This document shows, piece after piece, positions 1 through 7,631 of a stretch of 64,000 bases of DNA; position 1 is the first letter of the stretch, and the number at the start of each line of letters is the position of its first letter. Below the pieces are notes generated by a model. That model saw only the letters and a list, made by a program, of their open reading frames with translations. It made no database searches and had not been told where the DNA came from. The DNA lies in contig CACYYS010000013.1 in the NCBI GenBank assembly GCA_902778725.1, positions 2,608 to 66,607 of the forward strand, in the 5' to 3' direction. The stretch comes from an uncultured Ruminococcus sp. Lineage in GTDB: Bacteria; Bacillota; Clostridia; Oscillospirales; CAG-272. Both the position numbers and the translations under genes were made by a program.

Positions 1-1
1 C

Positions 2-1063
2 ACCTGGAACAGCTCCACCGAGCCGAGCATCTTCACCGGCAAGCTCGGATCCTCCATCCTCGAGACCTTCAAGGCGATCGGCCGCCGTTTCACCTTCGGC
101 GGAGACACCGGCAAGGATCAGCGCGTCTACTACTTCAACACCAAGGAGATCATCGGCAACAAGTACGGCACCGCCACCCCCGTCCCCTTCCGCGTGGTAG
201 ACCGCAACGCCAATATGGATCTCGATATCGGGATCCGCTGCAACGGCGAGTTCTCCTACCGCGTCACCGACCCGATCCTCTTCTACACCAACGTCTGCGG
301 CAACGTGGAGCCGGATTACAAGCGCGAGCGCATCGACAGCATGCTCCGCACCGAGCTGCTCACCGCGCTGCAGCCCGCCTTTGCGAAGATCTCCGAGATG
401 GGCATCCGCTACTCCGCCCTGCCCGGCCACACGGAAGAGCTCGCCAACATCCTGAACGAAGTCCTCACCAAGAAGTGGAAAGAGACCAGAGGCCTCGAGA
501 TCGCCAACGTCGGCGTCAACTCCGTCTCCGCCAACCCGGAAGACGAAGCGCTGATCAAGGAGATGCAGAAGAGAGCCGCTCTCCGCGATCCCACCCTCGC
601 CGCCGCCACCATCGCCAGCGCGCAGGCCGACGCGATGGTCGCCGCCGCGAAGAACGAAAACGGCGCCCTCGGCGCCTTCATGGGCTTCGGCATGGCGCAG
701 CAGGCCGGCGGCGTGAACGCCGCGAACCTCTACGCGATGGGCTCCCAGTATCAGCAGCAGCCCGCCGTCGCGCCCGCCGTCCAGGCGGCCGGATGGACCT
801 GCGCTCAGTGCGGCGCCGACAACACCGGCAAGTTCTGCGCGCAGTGCGGCGCGAAGCGCCCCGAGACCGCCGCGGGCTGGACCTGCCCCAAGTGCGGCGC
901 CGTCTGCAAAGGGAAGTTCTGCCCCGAGTGCGGCGAGTCCAAACCGGCGGAAGCCCCCGTCTACCGCTGCGATAAGTGCGGCTGGGAACCCGCCGATCCT
1001 CAGCATCCTCCGCGCTTCTGCCCCGAGTGCGGCGACCCCTTCGACGAGAACGACATCAAATAA
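2..1063 (+). CDS. SPFH/band-7-like protein with C-terminal triple zinc-ribbon tail (5' end outside window)
   Basis: The frame of ORF 194..1063 stays open back to the window edge. The C-terminus has paired CxxC motifs (WTCAQCG/FCAQCG, WTCPKCG/FCPECG, YRCDKCG/FCPECG). The N-terminal part resembles YdjI-type SPFH proteins. Confidence 0.7.
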   Translation, partial: TWNSSTEPSIFTGKLGSSILETFKAIGRRFTFGGDTGKDQRVYYFNTKEIIGNKYGTATPVPFRVVDRNANMDLDIGIRCNGEFSYRVTDPILFYTNVCGNVEPDYKRERIDSMLRTELLTALQPAFAKISEMGIRYSALPGHTEELANILNEVLTKKWKETRGLEIANVGVNSVSANPEDEALIKEMQKRAALRDPTLAAATIASAQADAMVAAAKNENGALGAFMGFGMAQQAGGVNAANLYAMGSQYQQQPAVAPAVQAAGWTCAQCGADNTGKFCAQCGAKRPETAAGWTCPKCGAVCKGKFCPECGESKPAEAPVYRCDKCGWEPADPQHPPRFCPECGDPFDENDIK

Positions 1064-1073
1064 AAACCAGAAC

Positions 1074-1117
1074 AGAAGAGCCTGCTTCCCCCGGGAAGCA
1101 GGCTCTTCCTTTTTTTG
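1074..1117 (+). terminator. Rho-independent terminator
   Basis: Perfect GC-rich hairpin gaagagcctgcttccc/gggaagcaggctcttc followed by a T7 run, just after the stop at 1063. Confidence 0.8.
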
Positions 1118-1219
1118 CGCGGCGCGTTTTCCGCGAAAGAAAAAAGCCGGTCCGTGCGTACCGGACCGGCTCAAGGGATCCACGCGGTCTTTTGCGGGAG
1201 CGGTTTCTTTTTTCCCGTT

Positions 1220-1747
1220 TCACAGCCGGAGGGAGCAAAACTCCTCCCCGTCCGGCGTTTTCCAGGAAAAGCGCTCGCCGTCGAAGGTCATATAGCTTTG
1301 AGGCGCGCCGCCGCGCGGCAGCGAGACGGAGCCCGGATTGCAGAAGACGGAGCTCCCGCGGCGGGAGCGGGAGGGGACGTGGGTATGGCCGCTGACGAGG
1401 ATATCCCCGGGGGAGAAGCGGGGCGGGAGGCGATCCGCGTTCCGGCGGTGCCCGTGCGTGAAAAAGACGGTCCTGCCGCCGGCGGGCAGCAGGATGCAGT
1501 CCTCCGCCACCGGGAAGGCAAGCGCGGCGCAGTCCCCGTCGGTATCGCAGTTGCCGCGTACGCAGAGGATCTTTTCCTTTTTTGCGTTGAGGAGGGAGCG
1601 GACTTCCGCGTCGGAGCCGGACGCTCCGTGGGAAAAGAGATCCCCCAAAAGGATCAGGCGGTCCGCCCGCTCCCGCTCAAAGGCGGCGATCAGGTCCGCG
1701 CAGCAGGAGACGCTGCCGTGGATGTCCGAGGCGATCAGCCATTTCAT
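1220..1747 (-). CDS. YfcE/MJ0936-type metallophosphoesterase (phosphodiesterase)
   Basis: Motifs SDIHGS, GDLFSHG, RGNCD, THGH and GHTH. The start was moved to the internal ATG at 1747 (MKWLIASDIHG); the upstream ORF extension runs through a repeat element. Confidence 0.8.
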   Translation of the reverse strand: MKWLIASDIHGSVSCCADLIAAFERERADRLILLGDLFSHGASGSDAEVRSLLNAKKEKILCVRGNCDTDGDCAALAFPVAEDCILLPAGGRTVFFTHGHRRNADRLPPRFSPGDILVSGHTHVPSRSRRGSSVFCNPGSVSLPRGGAPQSYMTFDGERFSWKTPDGEEFCSLRL

Positions 1748-1791
1748 CGTGTTCCTCCCGGGCGGCGGCTCTCCGCCGCCCCTCCGTATTT

Positions 1792-2049
1792 TACCATGAA
1801 GCAAAAATGCTTGCTCGCAAGAGCATTTTTGCGAAGCCGTCAAGAACGCAGCGTGCGCAAAGCGCACGGAAGCGAACGCCTAAAAGGCTTGCGCGGCAAG
1901 ACTTTCTGCGTGTATTATACCATGAAGCAAAAATGCTTGCTTGCAAGGGCATTTTTGCGAAGCCGTCAAGAACGCAGCGTGCGCAAAGCGCACGGAGGCG
2001 AACGCCTAAAAGGCTTGCGCGGCAAGACTTTCTGCGTGTATTATACCAT
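1792..2049. repeat. Tandem direct repeat, 2 x 126 bp plus a 6-bp start of a third unit
   Basis: Units 1792-1917 and 1918-2043 are near-identical with only a few substitutions. Each contains the hairpins aaaaatgct..agcattttt, gcgtgcgc..gcgcacg and cttgcgcggcaag. Confidence 0.9.
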
Positions 2050-2169
2050 ACCCGCGCCTCCCCAATCAAGGCGCAAAAGAAAAGAAAAAACTGCTTTCCA
2101 AGCGAAAAAAGAGGGCATTTCCCCAAGAGGAAAAGGAAAGGGCAGGCCTCCGCCTGCCCTTTCCGGGAG

Positions 2170-3072
2170 TCAGACTCTTTTCAGCTTCATCATCGAGGAA
2201 GCGAAGGGGAGGAGCCCCTCCTCGTCCACGGCCAGCTCGTCCCAGGGGGACTTCACCTCGCCGAAGATCTCGCGGTGCTCGCCGGTGTTGTAGTAGTAAC
2301 GGCCGCCGACCGCCTTCCATTCCTTTTCGCCGACGGAGAACATCCCGTCCCGCAGGTCGGAGATCTCTCCCGCCTCCAGCGCGGCGCGGATCTCCTCCTC
2401 GGAGACGCCCTCCGGGAGCTTCATCCGGGTGAGGACCCGGTGGTCCGCCGTAAACTCGATCACGGGGTCAAAGGGCTTGAGCTCCTCGCGGCGTTCTTCC
2501 TCGTCCGCCCCGCGCGCGTCGAGATCCGCCTCGACCTCCTCGCGGGTGCAAAGCCGGAAGTCGCCGCCGATCACCGTCATCGCCGCCGCGACCTTCCAGA
2601 CGCCGACGATCCCGCAAAGCGCGGCGTCCTCGGCGCTCGGCTCGATCTCGCCGATGTCCGGCTCCTTTGTCTCGGTGACCGTGCCCTCGGCGATCTTCTT
2701 CATCCCGATGGCGAGGAACCCGAGACCGAAGACGAGGCACCCGTCCTGCACGGAGATCGTTTCCGCGTTTTTGCGGAAGGTGTCGTCCGGCAGATCGAGG
2801 AAAGCGCCGAGCGTGTAGTGATACTCGCCCCAGCCGGTCTGTTCCCAGGCGCCGGATTCTTTCTTGCCGCGGACGGTATCCTCCATCACGACGGTATGAT
2901 CCTCGGAGAAGGTGAAGGTGATCGCGGAAAAGTCGCCGCCGTCCTCACTCTTGAACTCCGCGGCGGGGATGTGCGCCAGATCGTTTGAAAACGCATTGAC
3001 GACAAAGTCCACCTGCCAGGTGCCTACGATAAATTTCAGTCCTTCGCGCAGATCCTGTTCGTCCAAAACCAT
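2170..3072 (-). CDS. hypothetical protein (acidic, no recognised domain)
   Basis: 300-aa ORF with coding-like composition that fills the gap between neighbouring genes. The opposite-strand ORFs here look like GC artefacts. Confidence 0.6.
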   Translation of the reverse strand: MVLDEQDLREGLKFIVGTWQVDFVVNAFSNDLAHIPAAEFKSEDGGDFSAITFTFSEDHTVVMEDTVRGKKESGAWEQTGWGEYHYTLGAFLDLPDDTFRKNAETISVQDGCLVFGLGFLAIGMKKIAEGTVTETKEPDIGEIEPSAEDAALCGIVGVWKVAAAMTVIGGDFRLCTREEVEADLDARGADEEERREELKPFDPVIEFTADHRVLTRMKLPEGVSEEEIRAALEAGEISDLRDGMFSVGEKEWKAVGGRYYYNTGEHREIFGEVKSPWDELAVDEEGLLPFASSMMKLKRV

Positions 3073-3151
3073 GGGAAAACCTCCTTGATGAATTTTTCTG
3101 CTTCTATCATAACAAAAGCGGAGGGAAAATGCAAGAAAAACCCGGATTTTT

Positions 3152-4288
3152 TCACCGCGTCACGAGAGCGGCGAAGCCGAGCATCAGGAGGAGAAAGGCG
3201 AAATTGAAGAGAGAGAAAAGCGCGAGGTAGCGTCCGGCCTTGCCCGGCTCGCGGCGGAGATACTCCCGGAAGGTGATCAGGCTGGCGAGGGAGGAGATCA
3301 GCGTCCCGACGCCGCCGATGTTCACGCCGACGAGCAGCTCCCGGTAGTTTTCCGTAAAGCGGGAGAGGAGGATCGCGGAGGGCACGTTGCTGATCAGCTG
3401 GCAGGAGAGCGTGCTGACGACGAGGGTGCTTTTTTCCAGCAGAGAGGAAAAGAAGCCGCTCACCGCGGGGATCCGCGCCATATTCCCGGAAAAGACGAAA
3501 AAGAAGGCGAAGGTGAAAAGCAGCGGATAGTCGACCTGCCGCAGCGCCTCCCGGTCGAGGAAAAGGAGAACGGCGGGGATCACGATAAGCCCGATCCAGT
3601 ACGGCAGGATCCGGAAGACCATCACGACGGAGAGAGCGAAAAGCGCAAGATAGACCGCCGTGCGGCGGCGGTCCGGCGCGATCTCCTCCTCCGGCAGGGA
3701 AAGCGGCTCCGGCCGGACAAAGACGAGGCAGCAGACGGTGATCAGCGCCACGGCAAAGAGAAAATGCGGCGCCATCACCGAAAAAAACTCCGCGTCCGGG
3801 ATATGAAAGCGGGAGTAGAGATAGAGGTTCTGCGGGTTGCCGAAAGGGGTGAGCATCCCGCCGAGGTTGGCGGCGATGTTCTGCATGATGAAGGTGAACG
3901 CCATATATTTTTTCCTGCCGGCCGTCTCGAGGACAAAGTACCCGAGCGGCAGGAAGGTCAGCAGCGCCATATCGTTTGCGATCAGCATCGAGCCGATAAA
4001 GGTGATATAAACGAGCGCGAGGATCGCGGCGCGGGTATTCCGGAAGCGGCGGACGATCCGGCGCGCAAGGATAGAGAAAAAGCGGATATCCCGCAGCGCG
4101 CAGACGACCGCGAGCACGCAGAAAAGGCAGGCGAGGGTCTTCCCGTCGAAATATCCGAGATACGCCCCGTCCGGCGGCACGAAGAGCATCGTCACGGCCG
4201 CCGCCGCCATCGCGACGAGCATCACCGCGTTCTTTTTTGCAAACGCCGCCGCGTGTTGCAATGCCGTCTGTTTTGCCGTAAGATCCAT
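3152..4288 (-). CDS. ArsB/NhaD-superfamily anion permease (citrate-transporter-like membrane protein)
   Basis: Polytopic membrane protein (GNPQNLYLY, ISNVPSAILL-type segments). The start at ATG 4288 is supported by a GGAGG RBS and a consensus promoter at 4317-4345. Confidence 0.75.
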   Translation of the reverse strand: MDLTAKQTALQHAAAFAKKNAVMLVAMAAAAVTMLFVPPDGAYLGYFDGKTLACLFCVLAVVCALRDIRFFSILARRIVRRFRNTRAAILALVYITFIGSMLIANDMALLTFLPLGYFVLETAGRKKYMAFTFIMQNIAANLGGMLTPFGNPQNLYLYSRFHIPDAEFFSVMAPHFLFAVALITVCCLVFVRPEPLSLPEEEIAPDRRRTAVYLALFALSVVMVFRILPYWIGLIVIPAVLLFLDREALRQVDYPLLFTFAFFFVFSGNMARIPAVSGFFSSLLEKSTLVVSTLSCQLISNVPSAILLSRFTENYRELLVGVNIGGVGTLISSLASLITFREYLRREPGKAGRYLALFSLFNFAFLLLMLGFAALVTR

Positions 4289-4316
4289 ACCGTTCGTCGC
4301 CTCCGCACAAGGCGAT

Positions 4317-4345
4317 ATTGTAGCACCGCCGGCGCGGGATGTCAA
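4317..4345 (-). promoter_or_regulatory. sigma70/SigA-type promoter for the permease gene
   Basis: The minus strand reads TTGACA, a 17-nt spacer, then TACAAT, about 28 nt upstream of the ATG at 4288. Confidence 0.7.
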
Positions 4346-4555
4346 CAGGAAGTTTTGCGTTTTTGAGAAGTTTTTGGGCGGCGCTCCTCTTTGCCCCGCT
4401 TTTCCGGTTCGTCGGGAGAAAGGAGATCCCCGAAATCCCCCTCTGAACGCTGCTCTTTTTCCGACATTCGCCTTAAAATCCGATGCGCGGCGACAACTTG
4501 ATGAAAAACCGTGCTTTTTTGCATTTATAAAAGCCTGAACTCGCAAAAAAAAGGC

Positions 4556-4584
4556 TTGCAATTTTGCCTAACGCCTGCTATAAT
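4556..4584 (+). promoter_or_regulatory. sigma70/SigA-type promoter (P1) facing the lipoprotein cluster
   Basis: TTGCAA, a 17-nt spacer, then TATAAT on the plus strand. Confidence 0.6.
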
Positions 4585-4630
4585 GAAATAAAATTATATG
4601 TCATTTTCGGTAAAAATTGCGGAAAGGGGC

Positions 4631-4659
4631 TTGACTGATATGAAGAAAAACGCGATAAT
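4631..4659 (+). promoter_or_regulatory. sigma70/SigA-type promoter (P2) directly upstream of the GTCA repeat
   Basis: TTGACT, a 17-nt spacer, then GATAAT. The -10 element ends 3 nt before the microsatellite. Confidence 0.55.
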
Positions 4660-4662
4660 CCC

Positions 4663-4726
4663 GTCAGTCAGTCAGTCAGTCAGTCAGTCAGTCAGTCAGT
4701 CAGTCAGTCAGTCAGTCAGTCAGTCA
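4663..4726. repeat. Tetranucleotide microsatellite (GTCA)16
   Basis: 64 bp of perfect GTCA units counted directly from the sequence. Confidence 0.98.
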
Positions 4727-4780
4727 AGGGTAACCCTGCCTGCTTCTTTTGTCAATACCTTTTTGATAAAAATATCAATC

Positions 4781-4823
4781 GGCGCGATACGCTCGCTTGA
4801 CGCGGGTTTGTCGCGCCCTTTTT
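4781..4823 (+). terminator. possible intrinsic terminator or attenuator
   Basis: Stem ggcgcga..tcgcgcc with a 23-nt loop, followed by CTTTTTATT. It lies between the repeat and the first lipoprotein gene. Confidence 0.35.
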
Positions 4824-4886
4824 ATTGTTGTCTTTAATCCCGATTTTGGGAAAAGAATAAAAAAATATATAAACGGAGGCAAAATT

Positions 4887-5447
4887 ATGAAAAAGATCAT
4901 TACATTGGTGCTGGCACTTCTGATGCTCGTTAGCTTGGTAGCGTGCGGCACGACGGCCAACAATCCGGGGGACGACACCAAGCCCAACAATTCACAGAGC
5001 ACGAATACACCTGGTGACAATCAGCCAGCTAACAATTCAACTGAAATCAAGGATATCAATACTTCAAACTATGTTGAAGTGACGAATAAGAATTTCGGTA
5101 TTGACCCAAGTATATCCGGTTTGAAAATCACCAAAGCGAAAGCTCAAGGAAGTTCGCAGATCACACTGGTTTTCAGCATCGAGAGTGGAAACGAAGAGTC
5201 TTTCGTCAAAGCATTCTTTGAAAAATGCCTAAGTGCTTCCGATGACAAGGCATGCTACAGACAGGATTGGCCTGATGACGGCGGATACACGATTACTGTT
5301 GGCGAGAAAGTTACCAGTTGGGAATCCTGGAAACAGGAAGAAGCTTTCGACCAGAACTGGTTCTATCTTGTCGACGGCAAATACATTGCATTCGGCGGCA
5401 GTCAGCAGCCCGGCAATGAATTTGAAGTGACCATCAACTTCAAATAA
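4887..5447 (+). CDS. lipoprotein, unknown function
   Basis: Lipobox signal MKKIITLVLALLMLVSLVACG with a GGAGG RBS 8 nt upstream. AT-rich composition unlike the flanking DNA. Confidence 0.8.
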   Translation: MKKIITLVLALLMLVSLVACGTTANNPGDDTKPNNSQSTNTPGDNQPANNSTEIKDINTSNYVEVTNKNFGIDPSISGLKITKAKAQGSSQITLVFSIESGNEESFVKAFFEKCLSASDDKACYRQDWPDDGGYTITVGEKVTSWESWKQEEAFDQNWFYLVDGKYIAFGGSQQPGNEFEVTINFK

Positions 5448-6214
5448 TGCTTATGAAAAAAATAGTTTATATTATAGCGCTGTTGCTTGCCGTTGTTCTT
5501 TGTCTTTCAGCGTGCGGCAATAATACAAATCCGGGTAACTCTTCAACGACCCAGAATCAGGATGTTGAAGAAAAGGATGCAAATGGGCATGTCGTAAAAC
5601 TGAGTCACTACAATGACAAGGGCGATCTTGTTTTTGTACACGAAACGAAGTGGGAGAATGACCGCATTGTCAAGAAGACCAGTTTTGACGGCAAGGGCAA
5701 TCAGACCGCTTCAATCGATTACAAATATGACGATAACGGTAATGCGATTGAAACTTCGTGGTTTGGCTGGAGCAGCGGTGTTCTTATGAAAGCCGAATCT
5801 AAGTTTGATGACAAAAACCGCGAAATCGAAAGAACCCAGATCGGTACCGGCAGCATTTCCACAAACAAATCCATTATGGAATATGTGGAATTCCCTGACG
5901 GCGTTGACCATCCAAATATCTATTCCAAGAAGACTTACTATCCGTCATATCCCGGTGACCGTTATACTGTAACCACATACGAGTATAATGACGATTACAA
6001 GATGACAAAGGCCACCACGGTCGACCAGAACGGAAATCTTTCGTACTACATTCTTTACACTTATGAGAACGGCAAGCTGATGGAATACACCAATTACGGC
6101 GCTGACGATAAGCCGAGTTATACCTACAAAATGGTCTATGACGAGAACGGAAACAAGCTCAGAGAAGATCGTTACGACGGCAACGGTAACCTTCAGGGTT
6201 CAGACAAAAGTTGA
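5447..6214 (+). CDS. lipoprotein with YD/RHS-like short repeats
   Basis: Lipobox LLAVVLCLSACG. Repeated motifs YNDKGD, YKYDDNGN, YDENGN and YDGNGN. An alternative start exists at ATG 5453. Confidence 0.8.
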   Translation: MLMKKIVYIIALLLAVVLCLSACGNNTNPGNSSTTQNQDVEEKDANGHVVKLSHYNDKGDLVFVHETKWENDRIVKKTSFDGKGNQTASIDYKYDDNGNAIETSWFGWSSGVLMKAESKFDDKNREIERTQIGTGSISTNKSIMEYVEFPDGVDHPNIYSKKTYYPSYPGDRYTVTTYEYNDDYKMTKATTVDQNGNLSYYILYTYENGKLMEYTNYGADDKPSYTYKMVYDENGNKLREDRYDGNGNLQGSDKS

Positions 6215-6297
6215 TTCTTTAAAGACGAAGTTTTCATAAGAAAAAAGAGCTTTTTATAAAAACAATTAGTAATCTGCTTCTTGAGGAGATTTTTGTA

Positions 6298-6798
6298 ATG
6301 AAAAAATTAATCGCATTGTTTTTAGTTGCAGTGATGGTTTTGTCATTTGCGGCATGTGGAAAGAAGGATACCCCAAAGGACGAAGCTAGCCAAACTCAGG
6401 CAACAGAAGGCTCTAAAGACACAACGAAAGCTGATGAGAGCGTTGCAGATATCGGTGTTACGGTTATTCATAAAGACGGTAAGACAATATTTACCGTTGA
6501 TCAGAGACTTGGAATCAAGCAGGATGCTTGGGTTGGTTTCTGTCCCGGAACTGAGGGCTATGTTAATGAGGCGGATGCTGATGCAAATCAAGTTGCGTAT
6601 GCTTATACAGGCTATGATGAAGGAAATGATACCTACAACTTTGAATTTGATGATGATACGATCTCAGGACTTGGCGATGGTGACTATGTTGTCGTAGTTT
6701 GTGACAGCGATGCTGAGGGCAAAGTCATTCTTTATATACCTGCTGTTATTCAAGGTTCTAAAGTCACATGTGACTTTAGCAAAGCTGTCATTAACTGA
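6298..6798 (+). CDS. lipoprotein, unknown function
   Basis: Lipobox MKKLIALFLVAVMVLSFAACG with a GGAG RBS. AT-rich composition. Confidence 0.8.
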   Translation: MKKLIALFLVAVMVLSFAACGKKDTPKDEASQTQATEGSKDTTKADESVADIGVTVIHKDGKTIFTVDQRLGIKQDAWVGFCPGTEGYVNEADADANQVAYAYTGYDEGNDTYNFEFDDDTISGLGDGDYVVVVCDSDAEGKVILYIPAVIQGSKVTCDFSKAVIN

Positions 6799-6934
6799 TT
6801 TGTCGGAAGACTTATACGTCTATAACGGCGAAGAAAAGATAATCAAAGAAGAACAGTATGCCGGCGAAAAAACCTTGTAAGCGTTGACTATACGGGTTCG
6901 TAATGTTTTAGGCGTCATAAAGGAGTAAGAGAAA

Positions 6935-7456
6935 ATGAGCTTTTTATCAAAACTGTTAGGCGGAGATAAAAACGCCGAAAAAGAGGTAAAGAATCTGCTG
7001 AACGGACTTTTCGGAAATCCGCAGCCGGGACAGGCCGCCGCGCCGAAACAAGAGACTCCCGCAGAGGAGACTCCTTCCCCTCAGCCGGTCCAAAGCACCT
7101 CGCGTTCCGGCTTTTCGTGGGGCGATGAAATGCCGGCGGAGGAAAACCAGTATAACTATAACGGCACCTACGAGCAGTATTTTGAACACGTGTTCGCCGA
7201 GGATTTCCCCGCATACCGGTTTGAAAAGACGTATATCGACGATTACGGCAAGCACCGCGTGATTTACACGTTTTTCAGCGGCGGAACAAAGGCGCTCGTC
7301 ATCGAGCTTATGACCGCGTCGAGCGAGGCGGTCAAGTTCAGAAACGATTGCAGAAAAGCGGGTGTCCCGTATCTTCGCTTTTATTACGACTACAAGGGCT
7401 GGTGGAACACCCGCGCTTACGTGGTCGGACGTATGCGCTCGGTATTGAACGGCTGA
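6935..7456 (+). CDS. hypothetical protein upstream of the RT
   Basis: 173-aa ORF with an AAGGAG RBS. It has a disordered P/Q/E-rich N-terminal half. The C-terminal half (VIYTFFSGGTKALVIELM...KFRNDCRKAGVPYLRFY) loosely resembles restriction-endonuclease-fold modules. This is a weak impression only. Confidence 0.6.
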   Translation: MSFLSKLLGGDKNAEKEVKNLLNGLFGNPQPGQAAAPKQETPAEETPSPQPVQSTSRSGFSWGDEMPAEENQYNYNGTYEQYFEHVFAEDFPAYRFEKTYIDDYGKHRVIYTFFSGGTKALVIELMTASSEAVKFRNDCRKAGVPYLRFYYDYKGWWNTRAYVVGRMRSVLNG

Positions 7457-7475
7457 GCGCACAGCAACATTTGTT

Positions 7476-7613
7476 AAAAAGCAGAAAGAGAACGCTTTGC
7501 GCCTGCGGCGGACCCGGCACGGACAAACGTATGACTTCGCAGGCAGTCTGTGCGTGTACGGTCTTGTACATCCCGAAATTTTCGGGATTTAACGGATTCT
7601 CTTTCTGCTTTTT
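7476..7613 (+). ncRNA. candidate structured RNA element, stem-closed, upstream of the RT gene
   Basis: A perfect 17-bp inverted repeat (aaaaagcagaaagagaa at 7476-7492, ttctctttctgcttttt at 7597-7613) encloses 104 nt. That interior holds three local hairpins: gcctgcg/cgcaggc, tgtac/gtaca and atcccgaaa/tttcgggat. A T-rich tract follows. The RT ATG is 18 nt downstream. Confidence 0.5.
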
Positions 7614-7631
7614 CTTTTTTCGGGGTGGAGT

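Noticed and set aside
4598-4837. 79-aa ORF encoding an (SVSQ)n peptide as a real protein
   Set aside because: The repeat peptide simply reflects translation of the GTCA microsatellite. There is no RBS for ATG 4598 and the tail is hydrophobic with no recognisable pattern. A short leader ORF from ATG 4640 is discussed only as part of a possible switch.
7476-7613. Simple intrinsic terminator of the 6935..7456 gene
   Set aside because: A 17-bp stem enclosing a 104-nt loop with its own structure is not a normal terminator. The trailing T-tract means a termination or attenuation role cannot be ruled out, and this is noted as an alternative.
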